64,000 bases of DNA from Naegleria gruberi (lineage: Eukaryota). The DNA is taken from assembly GCA_000004985.1 (NCBI GenBank), contig GG738891.1. One strand, given 5' to 3'. The position numbers and the translations under genes are program-made. Below the pieces are notes generated by a model. The model was not told the DNA's origin and searched no databases. It saw nothing but the letters and a program-made list of their open reading frames with translations. Each line of letters opens with the position of its first letter. Position 1 is the first letter of the stretch. Shown here piece after piece: positions 31,301 to 37,429 of this stretch.

Positions 31301-32750
31301 AAATTGCACTCTTATTAGATCCAAAAAATGGTTCCTGATTGGAAAAGGTAAAATCACATGGTTTCTCAATAATTTCTTGAGCTCTTTTTTCCATGGCTTG
31401 AACAATTTGATCACCTAAAGGGTTTGTATCGTGTGTGTAAGAAATTGATGCGTAAACTTCGTCATCTGCCAAAACAAATGGTTCTGGAGGTGTTGATACA
31501 TAGGCTGTCGATAAAATCATTGATGGAAGAGCAATACTTGCAGAAAGAATGTTATTTGGAGCAGAGTTTCTTCCAATTACAACAGGTCTTGTACTAATGA
31601 GCTTGTAACCTGCTAAAATATCAACTTCACACAAATTCCCTTCAAATCCAGAAGGACATTCACATGTTTGATAGTCTGAGCATTTACCAACTCCTGAACA
31701 AGTAAACCTTGAATTGGATACAACCCCTCCACAAGATGTTAATTCACACAATTCACCAAAATAATTATTAGAGATGCACGAGCATTGATTAGGGCCAATG
31801 CACGAACCTCTCGAATTACAAGCAGTACTATTGGTATTCTCTACCTCTCCACATTTGAAAAGCTCACATTCTTCTCCATAAGCACCAGTGGAGCAGAGAC
31901 AAGTATCTAACTGTGTGCAATTTCCTCTTGAAGAACAAACATTGCTCATATTGGAGAGTTTATCAAAACAGGTGCTAATTTCACATTCCATACCAGAATA
32001 GCCATCAGAGCATGAGCATGTATTGTTGTCGGTGCAGTTTCCTCGTGAGTTGCAAACATTGAAATGGTCTTGTTGGATGCCAAAACATGAAATGGAAATA
32101 GATTCAGATGAGGAATTGTTGGAAAGAGTGGTTTCATTATTAGATATTTGGGTGTTGTTGTTTTCAATAGACTCACAATTCAAACCTGAGTAACCTATTG
32201 AACAATTGCAAAAATCAAATTCAATACATGTACCAGAGCCAGAACATACTTCGCTCTCATTACTAAGTAATCCAAAACAAGATGTTATGGAACAATTTTC
32301 TCCAATGTAATTAATATCGCATTTACATGTATCTGGTCCAATACATTGACCGTGTTGGGAACAAGTCGTATTGAAATCATCAGGGTCCAGTCCATAACAT
32401 TGATAGTTTTCACAGTCGGCACCAAAATATCCACTCTCACATATACACTCTGTTCCATTACTCTCCGAAGAACAATTGCCTCTACCAGAACAAACTTCAG
32501 TGATTGAAGAATTGTAAAAAGATGTTGTATCATTAGAACATGATATAGCAGAGACATTCCAATAATGATGAAGGTGTCTATCACTCAACATGAAGAAAAG
32601 AAGTTGTATCAATAGAAGAAGTGAAATGAGTCTATGTATCATTAGAGTAGACCTCCTCTCTGTGTATGAACATTGAGCAGTAGATGCCTGCATCTTCAGT
32701 GTAGTTCCGTATCCTTCAGTAGTATGAAGCATATTAAAAGAGAGGAACAA
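13326..32750 (-). CDS. Giant (up to 6474 aa) single-exon type I membrane protein. It has a signal peptide, over 100 tenascin-type EGF-like repeats interrupted by five repeated roughly 230-aa modules, a roughly 1170-aa non-EGF juxtamembrane region, one TM helix and a cytoplasmic tail.
   Basis: Uninterrupted 19.4-kb ORF. Six-Cys periodicity CFG(L/I)xSNxSxVCSGRGxCx5CxCx3YxGxxCE repeats every about 31-33 aa. The N-terminal hydrophobic segment MIHRLISLLLLIQLLFFMLS gives a likely ATG at 32642. The C-terminal TM MLIGIIIAVVVGAMVL lies at about 14040-14090. The track start at 32750 is a TTG. Confidence 0.8.
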   Translation of the reverse strand: MFLSFNMLHTTEGYGTTLKMQASTAQCSYTERRSTLMIHRLISLLLLIQLLFFMLSDRHLHHYWNVSAISCSNDTTSFYNSSITEVCSGRGNCSSESNGTECICESGYFGADCENYQCYGLDPDDFNTTCSQHGQCIGPDTCKCDINYIGENCSITSCFGLLSNESEVCSGSGTCIEFDFCNCSIGYSGLNCESIENNNTQISNNETTLSNNSSSESISISCFGIQQDHFNVCNSRGNCTDNNTCSCSDGYSGMECEISTCFDKLSNMSNVCSSRGNCTQLDTCLCSTGAYGEECELFKCGEVENTNSTACNSRGSCIGPNQCSCISNNYFGELCELTSCGGVVSNSRFTCSGVGKCSDYQTCECPSGFEGNLCEVDILAGYKLISTRPVVIGRNSAPNNILSASIALPSMILSTAYVSTPPEPFVLADDEVYASISYTHDTNPLGDQIVQAMEKRAQEIIEKPCDFTFSNQEPFFGSNKSAIFKHGGVYCFPNGLAIDSSYTFVVIGTEPVVIKTPFVYYYGATFYYLECASYRNFFWLTFDRGLNGNFFTGTIHGTVIGASPYYSLEVYHNVQGAIWYVGGTQLIVFDLVFSPPITFNPYDTYITAQCLSTYCFGVLSSEASVCGGRGLCVGLDACLCPSESYGHDCSISKCNGVLGNESNACSGNGQCISTDTCLCEYGNNGTWCQFRTCDGISNLSPNACNQRGSCEKFNNCSCDASFLYGGSNCDIPTCNGLVGYCTQPERGQCIDVNICNCTDNYYGEFCQSTTCFGLESNSTSVCSMRGSCSSFNYCECAQGYYGQECEIFNCFGLSLNNSKVCSGRGQCLDIDSCQCEEGYEGAMCEISYCNGISSNDSSVCSGRGSCHSTNSCLCELNYFGETCSETLCGGVLSNDTTVCNGNGICAMAENCTCFEGFEGFSCELTYCKGIISTNETVCNHRGNCVLLDYCNCSDTYFGNLCELTTCDGISSNDSLVCSGHGECTDFNNCSCMEGYYGKICQEYDCFGIGMASGLSCSKNGNCIDIDTCECNTNFYGNTCEVTTCNGVFSNVSSVCSSHGSCTSTDLCSCDSNYLGSLCEMTTCFGEVSNSSLACSGNGKCLDYDICECVTRYNGSNCELFIHDYFAGYKLISESKINVKINLQTNSPLMASIAIPSMNVSQGQYEYISNGNAIITNTSQPIGIELLRQMKEKVQELNLLRCNYYISNSLSFFANSMVIRKGGVYCFNSTLTVSSTKITIIGTETIVFKAPSIDYKNVSMIHLECSSFRNVYWFIGKSVNFTSRVVGPLYGTLVSSVDYLPISGLVEGQIWNLGMIELSNVKFTAPITFDPYDQIVGDFCNFTTCYNEKSNSNTTCSGKGVCVDIDTCKCLEGAFGLDCSLFLCNSTYSNTSSVCSTRGKCVGPDTCSCNANYYGTFCELTTCGGISSNSSDVCSGRGQCIKYENCSCNSNYGYGGSYCQVPICKGILATGSAVCSAHGSCISPSVCNCSDHYFGDLCQVTTCSEINSTNSTVCSSHGSCSAFEKCDCKTNYYGNNCQEFNCYGINRNSNTTCSGRGECLDYNNCKCRDGYYGNDCSISKCYGYLSNDVSHVCSGEGTCVDTDTCVCKPNYESFKCQFTTCFGINSTNTTVCNERGTCWPYNTCVCNPLKGYTGSECQIPVCYSKPATDSKVCSGRGNCTEPNTCHCKEHYYGVNCEVTTCNGTESNNTAVCSSHGTCTAFETCTCKSGYYDTICNKYDCNGVSSLLNSTCSSKGSCMAPNTCSCIPNYFGLNCQITICNGTYSDNSNVCSSHGKCTSPNSCLCNDHYYGDWCQLTTCNQTASNDSFVCNGHGACNLYETCSCQDEYDGIYCERFMYDMFAGYGLISDTPGVFEIEYSNNYYQPVVNSLTRYFGSSIIYGSMSSTGITLKSKGKATMTKSSISLSNVIIQKMKRKRTSLIAMACTQRFTSSSQIPKELVVRKSGVFCFDFTWTINSSQRIVIIGTELVIFKVQSLTITNANILLLECASHRNFFWIIGGSTVIEGGNKLTNYLPPILGTYIPNYSGSMTVIGPFDGQLWVTGSSTSILHEVSLAVPLTFDTHEKYIGDFCNYTSCYNVSSNLNSTCHGRGQCIDYNTCVCSEDAYGSDCSISKCDGIFSNISTVCSGRGICSAKDICECNAHYYGKFCELTTCNGVSSNSSLACRERGSCQVYNNCNCSSEFGYTGLDCEIPICNRTKASLSSVCNTHGSCIYPDVCNCSQRYHGQFCDLTTCGGIESNNSLTCSGFGKCIDYNNCTCKTGYSGSNCEIYKCFGILKNSTNVCSGKGVCSAIDTCKCYDGYYGTNCSIQKCFGIWSNSTQTCNGLGSCLATDTCSCKSNYFGPNCNQTTCASISSSNSSLVCGGHGTCWPFNNCTCADYSKFTGTWCNVSMCFGLNASNPNVCSRRGTCSNANTCTCSSSRYLGVNCELTTCFGLISNDSMVCSGHGYCTDYNTCSCRAGFSGTNCQNDLFAGYKLITNKKLNLVKNSRSNSYLLASIAIPLMVTEKYQFQYVSNGDAVIKNTTTSSGQILSQELTKKVTELIALPCTVNVTNPDLELTTSITIRGGMVYCLKQGWTINKMSLTIIGTEQVVFKAPYFNYIGSKVSYLECATYRNLLFLSTDANSNLTISGTVQGTMIANSNADLTVTGDIQGSLMIHSPNSKGNLNFKDVKLSAPITFNPQDSYYDGTFCSRVNCYGIVSTSNMTCSGRGKCVDFDTCICNSDSYGPQCSLSFCNGILSNVSNVCSGHGRCVAKDTCQCDFGHNGTFCEFTTCAGVSKYSPLVCNSSGICDYFDNCTCRTEMGFGGPNCDIPICNNLVGICTAPGRGACFAPNNCSCSQNYYGTFCQFTSCFGIENTNSSVCSGRGRCYAFDQCTCSAGFSGTLCENDIFAGYKLISNIPIVLVKNSLDNAPLSASIAIPSFVINPPNYVYPDPVYPYVANGSAIVTNSSENYGLELVQQVSNKMQELLALPCDYMIKNPDTDMGRNIIINRGGVYCMENGWTINGQKFTIVGIEPVVFKLPFVHYFGADFTYLKCATYRNVFWLTYYFSSGNANWVYNPAIHGNTFSGNVHGTVIARYGHDFIVSDNIQGAIWSTCTEGGYLILKQAKFSQPSTFDPLQPYVREDCNLFTCFDLLPNSPTVCSGNGNCTDFNTCSCRPDTFGVDCSVLYCNGTLGNETLVCNGHGKCTKTDVCSCEEGHYGEWCQFTTCNLIENTSPLVCNLRGLCENFNNCTCNETLGYGGSDCDIPICNGLIGKCTDVGRGNCSNPDVCSCIEPYYWGSFCELTSCYGVDSQHSQVCNGKGKCTAYDTCECSYGYFGFNCSEFSCFGVFNSNETCSKNGKCVDYNKCECNEFSFGLECELTYCNGTMSNDSRVCNSRGTCYGPNYCNCSQNYFGDWCELTTCDRVDSNNRSVCSGRGICSEYNRCECREGYFGSNCEFTTCDSISSNSSLVCNNFGKCVDMDVCECDLNYAGTFCDFTTCYGFGSNDQRVCSRHGSCDSYNNCNCDSKYGYTGLNCEIPYCNNITANDSLVCSKNGICTDFKVCNCSKHYFGEWCQFTTCSNIVSNSTIVCSGRGNCTQYNNCECEEGYYGSDCQEYDCFGFNRNSSSVCSSRGVCSDVNNCHCNNSQIYGTNCEFTLCNGIPSNDSLVCSGSGSCINPDICNCTANYFGPFCQLTTCENIVSNFTQVCSSHGLCSSFNNCTCKPGYSGITCSQFSCLGTLNLDSTVCSGRGNCSDIDSCICLPDAFGEDCSISKCNGTFGNLTSVCNSNGNCVAKDICNCTDGYYGEFCERTSCFGLDMTNNSVCSGKGDCSSYNHCNCSEGYYGENCQFHTCFGLNNSESLVCSGHGICSETDLCECDFNYFGLNCSVTICNSIFSNETITCSGRGECLSPNQCSCRDGYYGDYCQVTDCFSIPSNQSQLVCSGRGKCSDVNSCQCQPDAYGADCSLYKCNGTLSNESIVCSGRGNCIETDSCNCTENYFGQFCQVTVCFGVPSNVTDLTCSGNGVCSQFDTCQCFENSFGSDCSEFKCFDILNINSSVCHSRGECYSTNNCSCFLNYLGDECQLTSCNSTLSNETNVCSGKGNCTDFDFCECNEGYYGTNCELFNCNGIEHYNSSVCSSRGHCKSFENCECDEGYFGNDCQFYTCFNVNNTLESVCSSKGKCSSFDNCTCIDSYFGNNCELTTCNNIQSNESSVCSSKGTCIDYNTCNCTADYYGDSCENFNCFEISKFSNLSCSGRGKCLDVNTCECKENMFGSMCQVTSCNGILSNDSLVCTGYGACVDFDTCQCEMNYFGLSCEITTCNGIESYNSSVCSGFGKCTSFNNCACENDEYSGDECQYFSCHGISNVDFKVCSSRGKCSSFDNCTCEENYFGKNCELTTCSSVSSLNSTVCSSKGNCIDYNQCNCSLNYRGFNCEIFECFEYSNQNETACSSNGQCIDYNSCRCNDGYFGEECQYYTCNGINNTNSSVVCSQKGNCTSYNNCKCQAHYFGDYCQLTSCGAEISSSSRACSGKGKCIDYNTCSCKFGYFGDECQYYTCNNITQNDVLVCSGRGNCSDFGNCECQENYFGLACDVTSCFGIMSNDSTVCTKNGNCNDFNNCTCNTGYFGSNCEEFYCNGIEHLNSSVCSKHGKCLKSEICECENGYSGMDCENYACFGINHTETKSVCSGRGNCSKLDECFCLPNYFGEECQLTTCASIPSNQTNLVCSSHGQCIDFNLCQCEIDYFGSNCDEFSCFNESKTLNISCSGNGICVGPDTCHCSNNWWGDKCQVTSCEGLLSNDSRVCNGRGECKQHDTCECVEHYFGSFCQETTCDGISSSNSSVCSKHGSCETFNNCQCEYGYFGEFCELYTCFGFNSSDSNVCSGRGTCSSLDQCQCDENYMDLNCSITTCFSKLSNSSSVCSGRGECVDFDNCTCVSGYYGKECDNFSCFNVQHSEPLACSGHGQCVSPNNCSCEHGYHGEECESYVCFNVSSSNPQVCSGKGNCYRFNQCNCSEGYYGDNCQYYSCYGMNRTDSRVCSGHGSCTETDECECVSHYFGLDCSVTSCFGVLSNETQNVCSGRGECVDFDDCKCRSGYTGVECKEFSCFGIEKDNSTVCSGNGQCIDVNKCSCQLGTYGDLCNYFDCNGTEHADSKVCSGRGFCSSYNNCTCGEKYHGANCELTTCFNISSSEKETVCSGKGNCIDLDTCQCSDGYFGESCEQYSCFGLNNTNPLVCSNRGNCSSFDNCTCTSNHVGVNCELTRCDSLLSNDSNVCSGRGVCIDYNQCQCENGYYGIWCENEKVIAPTASINLLSEFYSSCDEIIIDGSLSISPNNTPLDYYWTLFNETDHVFQIIPFNFPNTPLIKLDSTLPQGKYLVSLVVGNIVNSSTVYSSIFSKAESPLPALYVPQTTIEKVTTQFPITIKKIVSESSCKSENSIIEWTQLSGPKIRYSMDKYSDLYVSLETFGYQIYKFQVSVYYPSNPNIKDVSVVTLITKPPDLYLNLITFDAQPNYTIINVDYTDPEMVYNAYSTEVWEWTCLDNNVNELLLEFLSVLSSEKSTNFKIDAALFPVPPLSLELDLKVTKSDGRSIHKSTTIHFTYIPPIINIINVYPKKEYFLVSDTLTLQTSLIPGTSLITNYTVIVNNVIVGSTSSDYINIDPSLLNAGSNNIITLSAYDPNANVASLIQYSFSVASPPPMCYCTITPLNGFAVETEFEFICMNCKSEEDHLDYRYGFIDDRSGVKIYMHNIDVGYSKQLPTAFIGETVTCFFEVINTATQASTIESMNVSIQTRSYSTFSQVQVLAQQWIKQAKEESLLGSLYQSAAISRTSTALLNRAITKIEPISIYENTRSLTRSLTCKNGGILKKDTCMCREGFVGVACENTIKDFAEYQNKNLQLLRMLANGTEIMMDNQLISIAAFTVDSILYNFKHLDTNTVSEALSQLVKYLVKVIADESLKLPVGVDFCLDSVIDSAFQFILEKRFFTKQASNAQQLFTTLKFTSHLEARSQPKTRTKVFKKAAFYRRVMELVWLYDYSNHQLLIEPSTLTSVKVQLNNTIKATHSSKPFLQAFLVVDDIFSIGDYLASKVETLSEKVRRKSSLQSKIIAFGFGDLDVALLKSSSIIDLEFHIPLLENTTTTQDDSNLGQLFFKEVNTSYSCASISISTLSIEDNPNCIVTIINSTMATCKCSVTFNMTNLVSSTLNLFIVQKKIYIDDQSMLIGIIIAVVVGAMVLCCSVTIGCYAYYCFYGELCCLAIPCLQFCCCCWWCCYCCGKSSILRHHRNRRRRALSMTTAIDVDVESDNGDDEKPHLHIEPFNPHPHPVVPIINLNNTINNTSTTTIIYNEDHPIVEGETIYLPPTPRETPSTRGEEDTHSNHSNNITISHDNDDGDDHNSEGAVTVVRGGKGVGRGGGDDDDGNSTTNSRHSFISVLSNFSSESVRKLFRKKKKEEEIPSAVQIDLRLVFE

Positions 32751-35222
32751 CAGTTTGTTGGTGTTGTTGTTTTTTGTTATTTAATTCTTTGTTAGCAAAC
32801 AAAGAGGAGGAGCTATGCTAAATCAGTCCCAAAATACAGGCTATTATATTGAGCATTCAGTTGGCATCTGTGCTACCTTATTGAACTTCTACAATAGATG
32901 AAGCTTGCTAATAAGCTCATTTTTCTGAGATCCTTTTCTGAAACATTGGATATACTTGTCGATATCATTGCACTTAATAGTACTTGTGAAGGAGCAAAAT
33001 GAGATTAAGAGCAAGTATCGTCATATACAGAATTTAAATAAGGAAACGCAGATGGATCGTAATAATGAACGGGAGCAAACAATGGTCTTTTCTCTGAAAC
33101 TCATTTTCCTCGATTTTGGTACCCAAGCCAAAATGCTCTGCTTCTAGGAGTGTCCCCCAAACAAGGGGAATGACTAAAGATTTCCTTACTTCCCAAGGCA
33201 GACGTCTGCCACTCGACCAGAAGATGATCTTCCTCCTGTGATGCTCTATTAATACCCATCTTTGAAAAATAGAATCTACATCCGGTTCAAGTTTGTGTTG
33301 CATCGTATCGAGAGAGTTGATTGGTCTCTCCAATTGTCCTCAAGGTATTACTCAACAAATAGGCTCAATATGGATCGGAATCAAGCAACTACAATCATTC
33401 TTAATATAGTTTATTTGAGATATTGTAGTCTTGACTTGTTAGCTTATTAATACTCAGAATTACTTCTTGTGGTTCTCTAATAGTTCAATATGATCGCTAA
33501 AGTTTGGGCCATCTAAACCTCTAGGAATCATCTTATTCGCAAATAATAATGTGGATCTAGATTTGATGAGGAAACAATCACCACCACGTATGCTTTGCAC
33601 TGGAGGCTATCACTCAAACATTTTGAAAGCCAAATATCCTCATTCGAATAATTAAATATAACAGCCGAATTGTGTGAAGAAAGCAAAAAATTGGACCACA
33701 CAATGAGCATTGTTCTGTGGATGATACCACCTTGTGGTAAAGTGAAAAACAAGCTAACAACAAGTGTAAATTCTTGTATTGTTGTGTTCCTAAAAATCAT
33801 CATGTCCAACAATCAGATTATTGCTAATAAAGAAGATTTATTCGGATAATCACAAAATCTTCTCCAACACAGTATTCAGCAAGGTTTGTATTGGTTGCTT
33901 GTTGGTTTCATCCACCCAGACTTAAGCTCCTTCATTCGTTGGTGGTGTAAAACGATGGAGAATGTTCTTCTTGGTGAATTGTGGATATCAACCTTATAGA
34001 CGTAAATCTAGCTTCGCATGACAAGGGAAAGTAATCTATTGTTACTGTGTTTAAACCTTTGGCTATCGTTAGTTTAAATCTTCTCCTCCATCACAAACCA
34101 ATCCAAGTTTTCTCATTTTTTTTGTTGAATATTTAACGGTAACAATTAGCGGAGCGAAAATATTTACTGAGTGGTGAAGTTTCCTTTGCTTTTCTTCACA
34201 AAACGCAGAGTGCCATATTAAAAGTTGATCATGATTTTGAAGATTGGTGACTCAAGAGTATGATTAAATTGTATAATTTAATTACAATTAATTGTAATAA
34301 TAAAATATTATTTCTATTTACCTTTAAAAAAATGTTTAAATGTGAATCCTTCAACATTTTTCTCCGAAACACTAGTACTATTTCCTTTGTTAAATAATGT
34401 AAATTTTCCAATTCAACAACATTAAAACAACAATATGTGGTAGCTGAGGAAAGTAATTGCAAATATTGTTTGATCGACAGTGAGCACTCACTACTTCGGA
34501 AGTCGATTCAACATCTCTCCAAGATTTGATAAACAAAATAATCAGAAGGCTTTCAAGACAATACAGTCCACATTCAACAGATTTACTCAAGCATTTAATA
34601 ATATTCTATTTCTTCTGGCCAATTCCATTCCTCCTCTGTGAACACTGTCAATGTTTATTCAAAACTGGATTCCGATTTATTGCCCTTCCTTGCTTTCCTT
34701 AAAATTCTTGGTGGAGAATATTTATTGCAACTTGTCCTCTCAAAGAACAAATGTATCTGCCAAGTTATTATAATTCTTCAAACGCCTTTTCGAATTTTGA
34801 CTCCATTCTGTACTTTCTCTTGCACTGTGCTCATAGATTTGTTGGAGAAATTAAGGTGTAGAAAGCAATTACTGGAGATTTATCCTGATATAATTACAAT
34901 GTTATTGGAAATTTAACATTCTCATTTACTATAACGAACAAATCACTTCCAAACTCTTAATTGTCTGCTCTATAATATATGGTGGAGAGTATTGCAATCT
35001 GAAGAGTACACCGTTCCCAAACAGACCTCAATATATACAAATTCACAATATCCATACGTATTATTGGCACAATCCCAACCAGGACTGACCAGTAAAGATG
35101 TTGAAGGAGATGTTGTCTAACCAGAAACACAGCAGTGACTGCTTTAAGAAATTAATTTAAAATATGGCTTTTAGTTGCGAAAGATATTCTAGTGTTTTAC
35201 CGTTTTGTGATTATAGATGTAA

Positions 35223-35295
35223 GTACCCTTGGCTCAATTGGAAGAGCATCGGCCTACGGAGCCGGGGGTTGTGGGTTCGAGTCCCACAGGGTATA
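35223..35295 (+). tRNA. tRNA-Arg (anticodon ACG), 73 nt, no intron.
   Basis: Cloverleaf by hand. Acceptor GTACCCT/AGGGTAT (G-U at 1:72). D-arm GCTC-AATTGGAA-GAGC. Anticodon arm TCGGC-CTACGGA-GCCGG, the same loop as known eukaryotic Arg-ACG. T-arm GTGGG-TTCGAGT-CCCAC. Discriminator A. Confidence 0.85.
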
Positions 35296-35362
35296 ACTTT
35301 TTAACTTTTGTAATTTTTCTTACTGGTGTAAGCACAACTAAATCTTCTCAAAAATCGTTTTA

Positions 35363-36382
35363 TTAATCAAAATTATTAAAGAATGAAGACAATGAATCAG
35401 AGCACCAAAACTCATCTCGAACCAAACCTTCCTCAGGAGTTGATTCTAGGGTATTGTTAAAGTCAAATAAAAAGTCTAACTGTGAGAGTTCATCAAGGTT
35501 GGCACTGCTTGTGGCACATGTACTTGTTGTTGCTGATTTTTCATTGCATGTAGTATCCAGTGTTGGTTGCAACAATTTGTAATCAAATGAGGTATTGTTG
35601 TTGGAATAAGCCATCATTGACATCATGGATGGCATACTTGCAACAATATTAGGGTGAACATTCTCCACATCACCAAACTCTTTCTTTACAGTTATCAGCT
35701 TGTTCTTCTTCTTTGGAGAAACAAATGTTTGTTCTTCCTCTTCTTGTTTTACAATGTTTGGATGAATAGTCTTCAGTATGGCATGTATTGCTTCTTCATC
35801 TGAGGACGAAAAACTCTTGCATGCATCATCACTATGTTGTTCACTATCAGTGTCATTGCACTTTCTCTTCTTACTCTCGGTTGTGGTTCTCTTTGAATTT
35901 CTATCTTGAATGAGGAAGGATTCTATGGTTGTCCACTCAACACCATTCGAAGAGTCATCCCTATCTAAAAGTTGTATTCTAAATATTCCCTTTGTACCTC
36001 TATTTCCCTTGTTAATTGATACCTTGAGTTGAGCTCCAAACTCAACCTCTGATATCTTGCTCAAACTACACATTGTCTCTTTACTTAGAAGTGAGTTTCC
36101 ATCTTGTGTCACAAGCATGGTACCATTAGTGGGATCTCTCAATTCAATCATACAATAGTATCGGTTAGGTTGGAATGAAAACTTGCTATTCTTCATAAAT
36201 TTGATATTAATATCAAATTTTAAAACATTACTCTTCTTGATAACAGTGTTGGCTAAACTGCTTGTATCAATATTTGTTAATATTTGGTAGGAGAGAATAC
36301 ATGAGGAGAGGTTACTTGTCTTATCATGTTGTTGTTTGAATAAGACTTGATTGTGAAAGTCGATTGGTTTACGGTTAGGCAT
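35363..36382 (-). CDS. Hypothetical nuclear-type protein of about 339 aa from the first ATG. It has a beta-rich central region, a KKRK basic cluster and an acidic C-terminus. The ORF stays open upstream to 36655 (a GTG), so the 5' end is uncertain.
   Basis: ORF from the track. ATG at 36382-36380 (MPNRKPIDF). Features: ESKKRKCND and a C-terminal DELSQLDFLFDFNN acidic tail. No confident domain call. Confidence 0.4.
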   Translation of the reverse strand: MPNRKPIDFHNQVLFKQQHDKTSNLSSCILSYQILTNIDTSSLANTVIKKSNVLKFDINIKFMKNSKFSFQPNRYYCMIELRDPTNGTMLVTQDGNSLLSKETMCSLSKISEVEFGAQLKVSINKGNRGTKGIFRIQLLDRDDSSNGVEWTTIESFLIQDRNSKRTTTESKKRKCNDTDSEQHSDDACKSFSSSDEEAIHAILKTIHPNIVKQEEEEQTFVSPKKKNKLITVKKEFGDVENVHPNIVASMPSMMSMMAYSNNNTSFDYKLLQPTLDTTCNEKSATTSTCATSSANLDELSQLDFLFDFNNTLESTPEEGLVRDEFWCSDSLSSFFNNFD

Positions 36383-37179
36383 TCTGTTGTTGTAATGTAC
36401 AAGATGTGTTTGTTGATTGGTCGGATGTGTTTTTTGTAAACTTGTGTGTTTAGCACCGGATGAACTATTAATAATGAAGGTTGCTTGGCCTTGAAGAGAA
36501 TATTCGGTCAGGTGCTTGTTTGGTAGTGGAGGCAAGCTTTTTGCTGTTCGAGCTCTCAATCTTTTTTTTTGAATATAAAATAATAATATTTGTGATGAAG
36601 GTTGGTCGAGTTGCTTGCCACCTCCAAAATCGCAAAAATTTGTTGTACTTTCCACTCGAGCTGATTTTCAGCGGTTCATTCTCTGTTCAGGCTCGCTTGG
36701 ATTTTGTGCTTAAAAATTTTTTTAGGTCGTGGCATTTTTAGAAGTTCCGCCATGAGCGGGAAAGCTAGTTTGACGTTTACAATGGGAATACTAAATTTTT
36801 GGTAACTTTGATTTTTCACTTTACAATGAAAAATTTTTATTTAGGGATTGTGTTACATCTTTTGAAGGCAACTACAGTAAAATTATACAATGGCAAGTTG
36901 GGAAACTGCCTATATTTAAGTTTGGCTTGTGATTTTTGGTGCTTCTAGCAGAGTTTGAGGGAAAATGCGATTTTCTTTATTCTGAGCCTATTTTTCATTG
37001 TGATAGTGAGGTAACGATCAAAATTCGAACGCCTCTGAAAATACTATACCTCAAATAGTTTCTACTGATGTAAAGTCAATAATTGTGGTTAAAAAAGAGA
37101 AAGAAAGCGTTACATTTGTATTTTATGGCTATTTCTGTTATTTACTATCTATTGCACATTTTTAATGCAATAATGTGAA

Positions 37180-37260
37180 GCAGGGGTTCCCGAGTGGTCA
37201 AAGGGGGTAGACTCAAGTTCTACTGCGCAAGCTTCGTGGGTTCAAATCCCACCTTCTGCA
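37180..37260 (+). tRNA. tRNA-Leu (anticodon CAA), 81 nt, long variable arm, no intron.
   Basis: Acceptor GCAGGGG/CTTCTGC (two G-U pairs). D-arm CCC-GAGTGGTCAAA-GGG. Anticodon arm GTAGA-CTCAAGT-TCTAC. 12-nt variable arm. T-arm GTGGG-TTCAAAT-CCCAC. Discriminator A. Confidence 0.85.
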
Positions 37261-37429
37261 ACTTTTTATTTTTCGATTACTTAATGAAATTGCTATTTTT
37301 TCTATTTTCTGGTAGTATTTGATTTATACTACATAATTGGAGAGAGTCTATCTGTTACAATATATATTTGTTCGAAAAATAGCCTCGGATTGAAAACTTT
37401 CATTTTTAGCACAAATATTTAATAAAAAA

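Noticed and set aside
13326-32750. Dozens of 60-175-aa ORFs on the + strand and in other frames inside the megaprotein gene (for example 21551..22078, 30428..30904, 17225..17710).
   Set aside because: They are antisense or out-of-frame by-products of a long, compositionally repetitive Cys/Gly/Asn-rich CDS. They show no independent signals and are fully contained within the real ORF.
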